The position numbers and the translations under genes were made by a program. From the NCBI GenBank assembly GCA_965116905.1, contig OZ220732.1:1664001-1728000 (forward strand): a stretch of DNA of 64,000 bases. Reading direction: 5' to 3'. This DNA comes from Longimicrobiales bacterium. GTDB taxonomy: Bacteria > Gemmatimonadota > Gemmatimonadetes > Longimicrobiales > Gaopeijiaceae. The notes below the pieces were generated by a model. The model was not told the origin of the DNA and made no database searches. It saw only the letters and a program-made list of their open reading frames with translations. Shown in pieces: positions 54,093 through 64,000 of this stretch (positions are counted from its first letter, which is position 1; the number at the start of each line of letters is the position of its first letter).

Positions 54093-56126
54093 TTACGAAG
54101 TCCGGGACGCTCCAAGCACCCACCTGCGCAGCCACTCCACATTCCGCGTCATCAGGTCCCGCTGAAGCCGCGGCGACCGCACGCCATGCGGCTGGCCGGG
54201 GTAGATTACCAGCTCCGTCGGCACCTTGCCGATTCCACGAATGGCCTCGAAGAACTGGATGCTCTGTTCCGCCGGGACGCGCTCGTCGTTCTGCCCGACC
54301 TGGATGAGCAGGGGAGTGGTCACGCGGTCGACGTAGCGGTACGCCGAACGTTCCTCGTACAGCTCCCAGTCCTCCCAGGGCTTTGGCCCGAGATAGGTGT
54401 GGTAGAACTCGGGCAGGTCGGTTTGGGAGTACATCGAGATCAGGTCGTTGGCGCCCGCGCCGGCACTGGCCGCCTTGAAGCGGTCCGTGCGCGTGATTCC
54501 CCAGTAGGTGTGGTGGCCGCCGAAGCTCCACCCGCTCACCGCGAGCCGGGCGGGGTCGGCGATGCCGTGCTCAATCATGGCGTCCACGCCAGAGTCCACA
54601 TCGACCCAGTCACTCCCCGAAATGTCGCCGCGGTTCAGGCCACGGAACCGCTCCCCGTAACCGGTTGATCCCCGGTAGTTGGGCTGCAGAACCGCGAAGC
54701 CCATGCCGGCGTACACCTGCACCGGGTAGGCGCCGCGGGTGCCGTGGAAGCGGTCGGACGAGACGCCCGCGGGGCCGCCGTGGATCACCAGGACGAGCGG
54801 GACACGGTCGCCCTCCTCGTAGCCGACGGGGAGCGTCAGGACGCCTTCGATCTCCTCGCCGCCGGCACGGGAACGCCACCGCTCGACCCGCTGCGCGCCC
54901 AGCGCCAGTTCGGCGGTCTGCGGGTTGAGGTCGGTCAGCCGAGTGGGCGTGAACGAGCCCGTGCCCGAGACGAAGACATCGGGCGGACGCGTGCCGCCCT
55001 CGGCCGTGAAGGCGATCAGCGTGCCGTCGGCGGAGGCCGAGAATCCCCCGTAGAAGCGCGCGCCGTCGGTCACGGTGGCCGGCGGCCCGGCGACGCGTCC
55101 CCCCAACGCGGGAATGTGGTATAGCGCGCTCCCCGTGCGGCGGCTCGCGTTCACCAGCAGACCGGACTCGTCGAGGTGCACGAAAGCGGCGTTCTCGTCG
55201 AGATCGCCGGTCAGCGGCACCGGCTCACCCGCACCGGCGCCGCCGTCGTCCGGCGTCACGCTCCACAACTGCCGGTTGAAGGTACCGATCAGGTGCCCCG
55301 ACGCCGCCACGACCACGCCGATCCCGTCGTCCCACGCCACCGCACCGTCGGGTCCGTCCATCGTAGTGATCTGCTCCGCCTCGGCGTCCGGTCCGCGCTG
55401 TACGTAGGTCGCGCCTTGGTACCGCGTCCTCAGCACCGGTGACGGCCGCGCCCCGTACGCCACCGCGCGCGAATCGGGCGACCATACGATGTTTTCCACC
55501 TGCAACCCGTCGGGCGACCAGCGTACCGCCTCTCCGGCGGATCCGTCGTCGGCCAGCTCCGCCACGTAGACGTGCGTCCACTCGTCCGCGTAGGCCGAAT
55601 CCTGCACCATCGGGCGCCCGCGCAATCGCTCCAGCTCCTCGTCGGCCTCGGACTTCGGGGGGCTGGCCAGGAACGCGACCCGCGCGCCGTCGGGAGAAAA
55701 AACGAAGGCGCCGACGTCTGTGACATGCGAGGTCACTCGCCAGGCCTCTCCACCGTTCGGGCGGATCCCGTAGACCTGCCGATGCTCTCCCCGATCCGAC
55801 GCGAACCCCAGCCATTCGCCCCCCGGGTGCCAGGCGGGTGACTCGTCCGCCCCCTCGCCGGTCGTAAGCCGGCGCGCATCGCCGGGATCCCCGTCGGTCG
55901 GCGCGACCCATACGTCGGTTACCATGCGGTCCGCCTCCATGTCACGCTCCGAAACGACGAACGCGACCCACGATCCATCGGGGCTCATCGCAACTGACGA
56001 CGGCGTCCGCATCTCGAGGACATCGTCGACGGTCATGGGTCGGGGCGACTGCTGCGCCGCGATCCCGGCCGCGTGGCCGAGCACGGCCGCAGTGCCGAAA
56101 AGGGTGAGGGCGGTGCTGCGGTTCAT
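54093..56126 (-). CDS. Secreted S9-family peptidase (acylaminoacyl-peptidase-like)
   Basis: SPDG repeats, IHGGP, PNYRGSTGYG, GWSFGG, DERVP, YPGQPHG. Confidence 0.92.
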   Translation of the reverse strand: MNRSTALTLFGTAAVLGHAAGIAAQQSPRPMTVDDVLEMRTPSSVAMSPDGSWVAFVVSERDMEADRMVTDVWVAPTDGDPGDARRLTTGEGADESPAWHPGGEWLGFASDRGEHRQVYGIRPNGGEAWRVTSHVTDVGAFVFSPDGARVAFLASPPKSEADEELERLRGRPMVQDSAYADEWTHVYVAELADDGSAGEAVRWSPDGLQVENIVWSPDSRAVAYGARPSPVLRTRYQGATYVQRGPDAEAEQITTMDGPDGAVAWDDGIGVVVAASGHLIGTFNRQLWSVTPDDGGAGAGEPVPLTGDLDENAAFVHLDESGLLVNASRRTGSALYHIPALGGRVAGPPATVTDGARFYGGFSASADGTLIAFTAEGGTRPPDVFVSGTGSFTPTRLTDLNPQTAELALGAQRVERWRSRAGGEEIEGVLTLPVGYEEGDRVPLVLVIHGGPAGVSSDRFHGTRGAYPVQVYAGMGFAVLQPNYRGSTGYGERFRGLNRGDISGSDWVDVDSGVDAMIEHGIADPARLAVSGWSFGGHHTYWGITRTDRFKAASAGAGANDLISMYSQTDLPEFYHTYLGPKPWEDWELYEERSAYRYVDRVTTPLLIQVGQNDERVPAEQSIQFFEAIRGIGKVPTELVIYPGQPHGVRSPRLQRDLMTRNVEWLRRWVLGASRTS

Positions 56127-56297
56127 GATTCCCTCCGATGCCTGGGCGTCCTGACGGCGTGGCGTGTCACATGAGATTTAGCCGCCCCGCACCCGCGCGC
56201 GCCAGTATGGCGTGGCCCGCCCCCAGGCCCCAGCTTGTGGCATGGCACCACACACGGAAACGGCCGTCCATTCCCCCAAACGGAGAGCGTCGCCACG

Positions 56298-58475
56298 ATG
56301 TCCAGAAACCGCCCCACGACACGCGCCCTGCACCTGACCGCGATCCTCGCCACGGCTGCGCTCCTCCTTCCCACAGAACTCGCAGCCCAGTCTCGCCGGC
56401 CCCTCGAGATCGAGGATTACTACCGCCTGAAGGGCGTCGGCAGTCCGGCGCTGTCTCCCGACGGATCCCGCGTGGCGTTTGTCGTGACGTCGGTTTTGGA
56501 GGATGAGAACCGCCGCCACAGTGAGGTCTGGTTGGCCGATGCGGACGGGTCGGGAGAGCCGATACGTCTGACCAGCCCGAGCTTCAGCGCTTCGAGCCCG
56601 GCCTGGACCCCGGACGGCCGCCACCTCTATTTCTCGTCGAGACGCCCCGCCCCCGGCGGCGAGTCCGGCGGCGGGCCCTGGTTCCTGCGGATGGATGGCG
56701 CCGTGGGCGAGGCGTTCCAGATCGAGGGACTGGACGGCTCCCCGACGTTCAGCCCGGACGGCCGGTGGATCGTCTTCACCAGGGCCGTGCTTCCCGTGGG
56801 CAGCAGGCCCGAGCCCACCTATGGTTCGGATTTCGAGCGCCGCACGGTCGACCGCTTCGATGGCCGCGTCTACGACTGGATGAACTACCGTTTCGACCGG
56901 CGCGGCTATCTGCCCGATCCCCGAGACCCCTGGGCCACGCCCCCGCGCGAGATCTTTCTGCTGTCGGCGGACGGCGGCGAAGCGCGGCAGCTGACCGAAC
57001 TGGGCGTGAACGCCTCCGGACTGGCGTGGAGTCCCGACGGCACCCGCATCGCCTTCACGGCCGATACTCACCAGCGCGACGAGCACAGCTACGAGCGCGC
57101 CGACCTGTGGGTGATCACCGTCGACGGCACGGTGACCCGGCTGACCGACGACGAGTACAACTACGGGGGGCCCGCGTGGTCTGCCGACGGCAGCGAGATC
57201 GTCGTACGGGGCAACGAGGGCCTGGACGTGATCATCCGCGAGGCACGCGACCGTGGAGCACCGTCGGACCTGTTCGTGTTCGACGCCGGCAGCGGCGAGC
57301 GCGTGCGCAACCTCACCGAGGACTGGGACCTCATTCCCGGCGGTGCGACGGTGTCGGCCGATGGGGGCCATATGTACTTCTCTGCGAGCGTGACGGGGAA
57401 CTCGCACCTGTTCCGGGTTCCGGCCGGTGGCGGCACCGTCGAGCAGGTCACCGACGGCGACCGGCGCCTTGGCGGGCTCTCCTTCTCGTCCGACTTCTCC
57501 CGGATGGCTTTCACGGTCACCGATCCGACGAGCCCGGCGGACGTCTGGGTTGCGGGGGTGCCCGGGTCGGCTCGGGCTGGCGGGTCGGCTGGGGAGGCCG
57601 GCGCGGCTCGGGCCGACGCGGGCGAGCGTCGCGTCAGTGCGGTCAACGACGCGCTGCTGGCCGAACTCGACCTCTCGAGTCCCGATCGCCTGCTATTCCG
57701 GAGCGAAGACGGCACCGAAGTCGAGGGCTGGATGCTCCCGGCACGGGGCTACGGCGGCGCGGCCCCGGCCGGCGGTTTCCCCATGATCCTCCTGATGCAC
57801 GGGGGACCGCACGGCGCCTACGGCAACGACTTCTCGTTCGACCGTCAGCTTCTGGCCGCGAAGGGCTACATGGTGCTCTACACCAACCCGCGCGCCTCGA
57901 CCGGGTACGGCGAGGACTTCCGCTGGGGGACGTGGGGGGGCTGGGGGTTCAACGACTACGACGACGTCATGGCCGGTGTGGACCACGCCATAGCCCATTA
58001 CGACATCGACACCGCGCGCATGGGCGTGACGGGGTACTCCTACGGTGGCTACCTGACCAACTGGGTCATCACCCAGACCGACCGTTTCGCGGCGGCCATT
58101 GCGGGCGCCTCGATCTCCAACTGGGTGAGCGACTATGCGGTCGCCGACATCCCGCGCACCAAGGAGAGCGAGTTCTACGGTCCGCCCTGGGAAGAGAGGG
58201 GACTCGAGCACCTCCTGCGCTCGTCGCCGCTGATACACGCGAAGGGCGTCTCGACACCGACGATGTTCGTGCACGGCGAATACGACCACCGCGTGCCCAT
58301 CGAGGAGGCGGAACAGATGTACGTGGCGCTGCGCAAGCAGAAGGTTCCGGCGAAGTTCGTGCGGTACCCGGAATCGTATCACGGGGGCTGGACTCCGTGG
58401 CGCACCGTGCACCGGACCTGGGTGCAGCTGGAGTGGTGGGAACAGTGGCTGGGGCGGCGCCCCGCGTCGGACTGA
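56298..58475 (+). CDS. Secreted S9-family peptidase
   Basis: SPDG repeats, MHGGP, NPRASTGYG, GYSYGG, DHRVP, YPESYHG. Confidence 0.92.
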   Translation: MSRNRPTTRALHLTAILATAALLLPTELAAQSRRPLEIEDYYRLKGVGSPALSPDGSRVAFVVTSVLEDENRRHSEVWLADADGSGEPIRLTSPSFSASSPAWTPDGRHLYFSSRRPAPGGESGGGPWFLRMDGAVGEAFQIEGLDGSPTFSPDGRWIVFTRAVLPVGSRPEPTYGSDFERRTVDRFDGRVYDWMNYRFDRRGYLPDPRDPWATPPREIFLLSADGGEARQLTELGVNASGLAWSPDGTRIAFTADTHQRDEHSYERADLWVITVDGTVTRLTDDEYNYGGPAWSADGSEIVVRGNEGLDVIIREARDRGAPSDLFVFDAGSGERVRNLTEDWDLIPGGATVSADGGHMYFSASVTGNSHLFRVPAGGGTVEQVTDGDRRLGGLSFSSDFSRMAFTVTDPTSPADVWVAGVPGSARAGGSAGEAGAARADAGERRVSAVNDALLAELDLSSPDRLLFRSEDGTEVEGWMLPARGYGGAAPAGGFPMILLMHGGPHGAYGNDFSFDRQLLAAKGYMVLYTNPRASTGYGEDFRWGTWGGWGFNDYDDVMAGVDHAIAHYDIDTARMGVTGYSYGGYLTNWVITQTDRFAAAIAGASISNWVSDYAVADIPRTKESEFYGPPWEERGLEHLLRSSPLIHAKGVSTPTMFVHGEYDHRVPIEEAEQMYVALRKQKVPAKFVRYPESYHGGWTPWRTVHRTWVQLEWWEQWLGRRPASD

Positions 58476-58517
58476 CGGGCGGATCGGGCGGCCGGGGTAG
58501 CGGGGTGGCTGTGCCGC

Positions 58518-59558
58518 CTACCCGTGTGGCCCCGCGATCACGACGCCGTCCGCTACGTGCATGACCCGCGCATCCCCGCTCTCGTCGAAGGAAAACGGCC
58601 AGGGCCCGACGCTGCCGCCCGGCAGCCGCACGCGGCGAATCCCGTCGAGGGAGAGGGGGACCCCCGGCGCGAGCATCGCGGGGCCGGCGACCTCGTACAG
58701 CCAGGCGGCCCCCGTCCCGCGCGAGGTCACTTCGTAGCCGCCGGCTTCAATCAGCAGCGCGACCCCTTCGTCCAGCCCCAGACCCACCAGGGGGCCCTCG
58801 CCGCGCTCCGCCAGCAAACGAGCGAGAAACACGAGGAGGCGACCCTCGCGCCCGCGCTCCGTGAAGTGGCTGTCCACCAGCACGCCGTCCAGCTCCGGCT
58901 GAGCGAACACCGGGCGGGAGAGACTGACCTCGCGCCGCATCGGGTTGTCCAGTGCCTCGCGCGAAGTCACCGTACCGAATTGTGCGTCGAAAGCGCCTTC
59001 TCCCAGTGAAACGGCCCCCGCGCTGGTTCCGCCCATCGTGGCGTCCCGCTCGGCGACCGCCGCCAGCGCCTCGTGCAGCGCGGCGGGCCAGCGGCCCAGG
59101 TAGTCCCACTGATTGCCCCCGGCGAGCCAAACGGCTTCGGAGCGGGCGACCCGGCACAGCACGGCGGGGTCCGCACCCGCCTCGGGGTTGCTGGTGCGGA
59201 TCGTGACGACCGTGGACGGCGTTACGCTGGCCAGGAAGCCGATGAAGTACTGCGGGTAGCTGGTCAGGGAGCCGTTCGTGCGAAGGACGACGATATCTCC
59301 GGCCACCGCCGCCTCGACGAACTGCCGCGCGGCCAGGTCCTCCTCCCGGCCGCCGCCCATAAGCACCAGTCGCCGGTGCGGCCTGCGATTCGTGTCGGCG
59401 CCGGTACCCTCGAACCCGCCGATTTCGACGCCGGCGCCCGGGTCCGGACAGCGGTCGACGGGCCTTGCCTCCGGGATGAGTTCGGTCGGCGGCGCGCCGC
59501 ACGCGGTCAGACAGAGCAGGGCGGCACCGATGCGTGCCACGGCGGCGTTCCGTGCCAC
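58518..59558 (-). CDS. Cyanophycinase-like S51 peptidase, lipoprotein
   Basis: Lipobox LTAC; LVLMGGG, WLAGGNQWDY, GGTSAGA, DSHFTERGREGRL, GLDE; GTG start at 59558 or 59540. Confidence 0.82.
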   Translation of the reverse strand: MARNAAVARIGAALLCLTACGAPPTELIPEARPVDRCPDPGAGVEIGGFEGTGADTNRRPHRRLVLMGGGREEDLAARQFVEAAVAGDIVVLRTNGSLTSYPQYFIGFLASVTPSTVVTIRTSNPEAGADPAVLCRVARSEAVWLAGGNQWDYLGRWPAALHEALAAVAERDATMGGTSAGAVSLGEGAFDAQFGTVTSREALDNPMRREVSLSRPVFAQPELDGVLVDSHFTERGREGRLLVFLARLLAERGEGPLVGLGLDEGVALLIEAGGYEVTSRGTGAAWLYEVAGPAMLAPGVPLSLDGIRRVRLPGGSVGPWPFSFDESGDARVMHVADGVVIAGPHG

Positions 59559-59566
59559 GGTGGCGC

Positions 59567-59953
59567 CTATATCAGGGCGCCATCCCTTCGCAGCTTCTTC
59601 ACCACCGCCCAGCCGAGGCCCTGGGTGACGCTTACCGCCACCGCCGCCCGGACCAGGTTCCCATATACCGGAACCCAGCGCAGAACCAGGTTCGCCCCTC
59701 CCCGGCCGACCATCGTGCCGAGGGTGGCGTACAGCGTGGACCGGACCGCCGCATCGGACCAGTGCACCTCGAACTCGTCCGCCAGGGCCGTGATCATGGC
59801 GATCTGAACGGGCGCGATCGCCACTGAGTCGGACCCCGGAATGACGGTCGCCGCGGCCGCCGTCGCCGCCGCCGCCGATGCACTGTGGATGATCGCCGCG
59901 CAACGCTTGTCCTGGTCGGGGACGTACTTTCTGAACTCTTCCTTGAGACGCAT
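59567..59953 (-). CDS. Stand-alone DUF697-like small protein
   Basis: AIIHSASAAAA...IPGSD..AIAPVQIAMITALA..F; WVPVYGN...AVA...TQGLGW. Confidence 0.7.
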   Translation of the reverse strand: MRLKEEFRKYVPDQDKRCAAIIHSASAAAATAAAATVIPGSDSVAIAPVQIAMITALADEFEVHWSDAAVRSTLYATLGTMVGRGGANLVLRWVPVYGNLVRAAVAVSVTQGLGWAVVKKLRRDGALI

Positions 59954-60045
59954 ATGCAGAGCCCTTCATCGGGTGTCTTGACTACCGAAGAATACGTTGC
60001 CACGGCAAAAGGTGTTCCGACGAATGCCGGGGGCGGGCCGATTCA

Positions 60046-63000
60046 TCAGCTCACGATCCTTCCCCGCCTCGGCAGCACCACCGCGGGGAGCCCCAGCAGC
60101 TCCACGGCCTCGTTGAAGCGGCGGAGCTCGTTCTCGAGCAGGTTCAGGTAGCGGACCCGCACCCCTTCCCACTCCTCCAGCAGGTCGTCGAGGCGCTCCA
60201 TGGTGCCGGGCTGGGGAGCGCCCTCCGCGCCGCCGGAGATGTAGCCGTCGGTGCCGGTGACGCGGCCGTACAGTTCCATCCACTGGTTGTCGAGGCGGGG
60301 CGCGAAGCGGATCGGGTCCTGGTTGGACCGGTTCTTCGTCTGCATGAGGTCCTCGGTCACGGCTGTCGATTTCTCGTTCAGGGTGTCCGCGAGCGCCTGC
60401 AGGTCGTCCGCCTGGTCTGCCGACGCCGCTCGCTCCATCACCGCTTCGACCTGCGCGCGAATCGCGGCGAGGTCGTCAATGGCCCGTGTGATCGAGTTGA
60501 TCGAGTCGCGCGCCTGCATGGCCACGCGGAACTGCTCCCGGTAGCTGGCGATCGTGACTTCGGGAATGCGCGGGTCCGGCAGCAGCTCGAAGGTCCGCTC
60601 GGCCATGGTCTCGCCCACCGTCATTCTCACGGTGTAGGTGCCGGGTGGCGCGGTCACGCCCCCGGTGTATCCCCACTGTACCGATCCCTCGGGAAGCTCG
60701 GGCCCGGGATAGGAGAGGGCCCAGGCCACGCGGTTCAGCCCCGCCGCAGCCGGAATCTGCTCGCCGTCGGCCTCTTCCGCCGCGGCCGAGTCGGAAGAAA
60801 ACGTGCGCACGACGTCGCCGACCGGGTCGACCACCTCGATCCGCACCTCTTCCGTGGCGTCCTCGCTGAGGTAGTAGTGGATCTGGGCGCCGGCCGGGCG
60901 CGTCTCCGGGTTGAACTCGGCCAGGAAGTTGGCCCCCACGTTGGTGAGCCGGCGAACCTCGCGCGGGGCGAAGAGGTGGGTCCCGGCGGCCACCGCCGTC
61001 TCGATCTCGCGGAGCGGACTGATGTCGTCCAGCACCCAGAACGACCGTCCCTGGGTGGAAAGGATGAGGTCGTCGTGGGCCACGCGCATCCCGGTCACGG
61101 GTGTGATCGGGAGGTTGCGCTGGAGGCTCTGCCAGGAATCCCCGGCGTCGAACGAGACGAAGACGCCGAACTCGGTGCCCGCGAAGAGAAGGCCCTCGCG
61201 CGTGGGGTCTTCCCGCACGGTGCGGACCGGGTAATCGTCCGGGATGCCGTCGGTGATCAGCGCCCAGGACCCGCCAAAGTCGTCCGTGCGGAAGATGTAG
61301 GGGCGGAAGTCGTCCAGCCGATAACGCTGCACGGCCACGTAGGCCCGGCCCGCGCGATGGCTCGACAGCTCGATCTCGTCCACGGTCCCCAGCTCCGGCA
61401 TGCCGGGCGGCGTGACGTCGCTCCAGTTCATGCCGCCGTCGCGCGTCACGTGAATCCGGCCGTCGTCGCTGCCGGCCCAGATCTCGTCGGCGTCGAAGGT
61501 CGATTCCGCGAGCGAGAACACGACGTTGAAGATCTCGACGCCGGTGACGTCGGCGTTGATCGGGCCGCCGGACTGCTCCTGGTGAGCCGGGTTGTCGGTC
61601 GTAAGGTCGGGGCTGATGGTCTCCCAGTTCGCGCCTTCGTCCCGCGAACGGTTCACGAACTGCGACCCGTGATAGATGACGCTCGGGTCGTGCGCGCTCA
61701 CCAGCATCGGCGAAACCCACTGGAAGCGGTGCCGCAGGTCCTTCGCGGCCATCCCCAGCTGGAGCTGCGGGTAGAGCATGATGTTGCGGCGCTGCCCGGA
61801 CTCGAGGTCGTACCGGTCCATCACGCCGCCGTAGCATCCGGCGTACACGATGTGGGGCCGGTCCGGGTCCAGGGCGATGGGCCCCGTCTCGCAGCCGCCG
61901 ACGTTCTGCCAGTGTTGTTTGGGATAGAGAGTGTTGACATCGCTCCAGGCGGGCACCGAGATCGTGGTGTTGTCCTGCTGCGCTCCGTAGAGGCGATAGG
62001 GGAAGGCGTTGTCGACGATCACGTCGTAGAGTTCGGCGGTGGGCTGGTTGTAGTAGGTGGACCAGCTCTCGCCGCCGTTCACGCTGACCTGGGCACCTCC
62101 GTCGTTGGCCACGACCATGCGGTCGGGATCGGTTGGGTGCACCCAGAGGTCGTGGACATCCCCGTGCGGCACCTGGATCGCCTCGAAGGTCGTGCCGCCG
62201 TCGACCGATCGGTACATGCCGGTGTTGAGCGCGTACACGGTGTTCGGATCGGCCGGGTCGGCCTGCACGTGGGTGTAGTACCACGCGCGCTGGCGCAGGT
62301 TGTTTTCCGAGTTCGTCCGGGTCCAGGTGGCGCCCGCGTCGTCGGAGCGGTAGACGCCGCCATCCGGCTCGGCCTCGATGATCGCCCAGACGCGGTCGGG
62401 GTCCGCCGGCGAGACGCTCACGCCGACCTTCCCCACGATTCCCTCGGGGAGCCCGCCGCCCAGCTTCGTCCACGTGTCGCCTCCGTCGGCAGTCTTGTAG
62501 ACCCCGCCCTCTTCGGCGCCGGAGATGAGCGCCCACGGCTTGCGCTCGCCACGCCACATCCCCGCGTACAGGATGCGCGGGTTGGTCGTGTCCATGGTCA
62601 GATCGGACGCACCCGTCGAGTCGTTCAGCGCGAGCACGTGCTCCCACGTCTCTCCCCCGTCCTGCGACCGGAAGATCCCCCGCTCGGGGTTCTTGCCGAA
62701 GGGGTGTCCCAGCGCTGCCACGTAGACGAGGTCGTGGTCGCGCGGGTGCACCTCGATCCGCCCGATCTGGCCCGCTTCCGGCAAGCCGATGAAGGTCCAG
62801 GTCCGGCCCTTGTCCATCGACTTCCATGTGCCCCGCCCGGTCGAGGTATTGCCGCGGATGTCCACCGACCCCTGACCCACGTAGATCACGTTGGGGTCCG
62901 AATCGGCGACCTTCACCGCCCCGATCGAACCACCGAAGTACCCGTCGGAGATGTTGTGCCAGGTGGCGCCGTTGTCGTCGGTCTCCCAGATGCCGCCGCC

Positions 63001-63240
63001 GGTCGTACCCATAAGCCAGCGGTCCGGGTCGTCGGGAAAGCCGACCGCCGCTGTCGAGCGCCCGCCCCGGTAGGGGCCCACCATGCGGTAGCGCAGGTCC
63101 TTGAAGGCGAGGGTGTCGACCTGCTGGGCGGCGAGCGGATGGGCGGCGAGCGGAGTGGGGGCGAAGGGGGTCGCCGGCAAGCCGGACAGGGTCGCTGTTG
63201 CCAGCGTGGAAGCGAGTACGAGGTGTCGTGGGAATCGCAT
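60046..63240 (-). CDS. Secreted BNR/Asp-box repeat (VPS10/sortilin-like) glycosyl-hydrolase-like protein
   Basis: YRMVGPYRGGRS, many SxDxGxTW Asp-boxes, RQRAWYY, PHGDVH, GAQQDN, TQGRSFW. Confidence 0.9.
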   Translation of the reverse strand: MRFPRHLVLASTLATATLSGLPATPFAPTPLAAHPLAAQQVDTLAFKDLRYRMVGPYRGGRSTAAVGFPDDPDRWLMGTTGGGIWETDDNGATWHNISDGYFGGSIGAVKVADSDPNVIYVGQGSVDIRGNTSTGRGTWKSMDKGRTWTFIGLPEAGQIGRIEVHPRDHDLVYVAALGHPFGKNPERGIFRSQDGGETWEHVLALNDSTGASDLTMDTTNPRILYAGMWRGERKPWALISGAEEGGVYKTADGGDTWTKLGGGLPEGIVGKVGVSVSPADPDRVWAIIEAEPDGGVYRSDDAGATWTRTNSENNLRQRAWYYTHVQADPADPNTVYALNTGMYRSVDGGTTFEAIQVPHGDVHDLWVHPTDPDRMVVANDGGAQVSVNGGESWSTYYNQPTAELYDVIVDNAFPYRLYGAQQDNTTISVPAWSDVNTLYPKQHWQNVGGCETGPIALDPDRPHIVYAGCYGGVMDRYDLESGQRRNIMLYPQLQLGMAAKDLRHRFQWVSPMLVSAHDPSVIYHGSQFVNRSRDEGANWETISPDLTTDNPAHQEQSGGPINADVTGVEIFNVVFSLAESTFDADEIWAGSDDGRIHVTRDGGMNWSDVTPPGMPELGTVDEIELSSHRAGRAYVAVQRYRLDDFRPYIFRTDDFGGSWALITDGIPDDYPVRTVREDPTREGLLFAGTEFGVFVSFDAGDSWQSLQRNLPITPVTGMRVAHDDLILSTQGRSFWVLDDISPLREIETAVAAGTHLFAPREVRRLTNVGANFLAEFNPETRPAGAQIHYYLSEDATEEVRIEVVDPVGDVVRTFSSDSAAAEEADGEQIPAAAGLNRVAWALSYPGPELPEGSVQWGYTGGVTAPPGTYTVRMTVGETMAERTFELLPDPRIPEVTIASYREQFRVAMQARDSINSITRAIDDLAAIRAQVEAVMERAASADQADDLQALADTLNEKSTAVTEDLMQTKNRSNQDPIRFAPRLDNQWMELYGRVTGTDGYISGGAEGAPQPGTMERLDDLLEEWEGVRVRYLNLLENELRRFNEAVELLGLPAVVLPRRGRIVS

Positions 63241-63306
63241 GTTCGGGTCTGTTCTCGGGAAGGGGGTGTTGTTTGGGATCGTGTGAGGGTGGCGCGCCGT
63301 CCGCGC

Positions 63307-64000
63307 TCAGCGCCGCGCGCCGATCCCGAGCGCTTCGGCCTGCCGGCGGATGTCGCTCCGGTCGCGCACGAACAGCTCAGGATACTCTTCCAGTACGTCG
63401 GCGGGATAGTTCGACTCGATGCTCTTCATGTACCGGTCCAGGAAACCGAGCACGAGATCGTTCTGGATTGCCGTGAGCCTGGCCGTCATCTCCGGCTCGC
63501 CGAGGAGGGCGGCGGTGCCGGGTGCACCCAGGACCTCGGGGAAGTCGGAGACGGCGATGTGCTGGACCCCCGGAATCATGATTCGGTGGATATCGTCGCG
63601 GAGGCCCGCGGTGGCCAGGCGCTCGTAGGCGAGGTCGCCAGCGGTGGGCGCGTGGGCCCCGTAGGTACCCCGGTACACGTTGAATTCCTCCGGCATCGTC
63701 GCCATGACCACGGTGGGGTCCGAGTTGAGCATCAGGAACGGCGTGCGCACGTCCGCGTCGATCAGCTCGCCGGTCCAGTAGCCGCCATCGAGGTTGATCG
63801 CCGCCTTTGCGCGGTGGTCGTCCTGCGCCAGCATGGCTGCGATGTAGCCGCCGTAGGACATCCCCATGTAGCCTCGGTTCCCGTGGTCGATCGCTGCCGC
63901 GACTCCGGCAGCTGCCGCCGGCACGTTCATGTCCTCCAGGCGGTCGAGAACAAAGCGGACATCCGCCTGCCAGACCGGCCCGAGCTGACCGAGGGATGTC
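63307..64000 (-). CDS. Alpha/beta hydrolase (PAF-acetylhydrolase-like), 5'-truncated by window edge
   Basis: WQADVRFVLDRL, GMSYGG, AAINLDG, PGVQH..SDF. Confidence 0.8.
   Translation of the reverse strand, partial: TSLGQLGPVWQADVRFVLDRLEDMNVPAAAAGVAAAIDHGNRGYMGMSYGGYIAAMLAQDDHRAKAAINLDGGYWTGELIDADVRTPFLMLNSDPTVVMATMPEEFNVYRGTYGAHAPTAGDLAYERLATAGLRDDIHRIMIPGVQHIAVSDFPEVLGAPGTAALLGEPEMTARLTAIQNDLVLGFLDRYMKSIESNYPADVLEEYPELFVRDRSDIRRQAEALGIGARR

Noticed and set aside
59567..59572. Third ATA/TAG overlap start for the cyanophycinase-like gene
   Set aside because: An in-frame ATA does overlap the upstream TAG, but canonical GTG codons follow at 59558 and 59540 before the signal peptide, so a non-canonical start is not required.

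Overview
High-GC (roughly 70% by eye) bacterial chromosomal segment. The gene repertoire suggests Gemmatimonadota, possibly a marine or sponge-associated lineage; this is inference only. The left part holds housekeeping genes: polyamine-type ABC permeases, suhB, trpS, a DHDPS-family lyase, purA, ffh-rpsP-rimM-trmD-[antisense orphan]-rplS-rnhB, and tRNA-Lys(UUU). The rest is dominated by exported hydrolases: M14, three S9, two S12/DUF3471, a class A beta-lactamase-like protein, an amidase, a GGT-like protein, two amidohydrolases, a cyanophycinase-like protein and a BNR/VPS10 protein. It also encodes a 7xFN3 autotransporter and three small toxin-antitoxin islets (HEPN-MNT, AbrB/MazE-PemK/MazF, and HigA preceded by only the last codons of higB). 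I saw no integrase, transposase, reverse transcriptase, cas gene or CRISPR array. Main oddities: (i) two genes appear to start at non-canonical ATA/ATT codons overlapping the upstream TAG; (ii) degenerate 9-36 nt tandem micro-duplications are pervasive, several copying a gene's own stop codon or RBS/start; (iii) a His-rich EF-hand-like secreted protein is paired with a cytochrome c; (iv) short AT-rich patches lie inside GC-rich genes; (v) mtnA is frameshifted; (vi) several enzymes lack a canonical catalytic residue.
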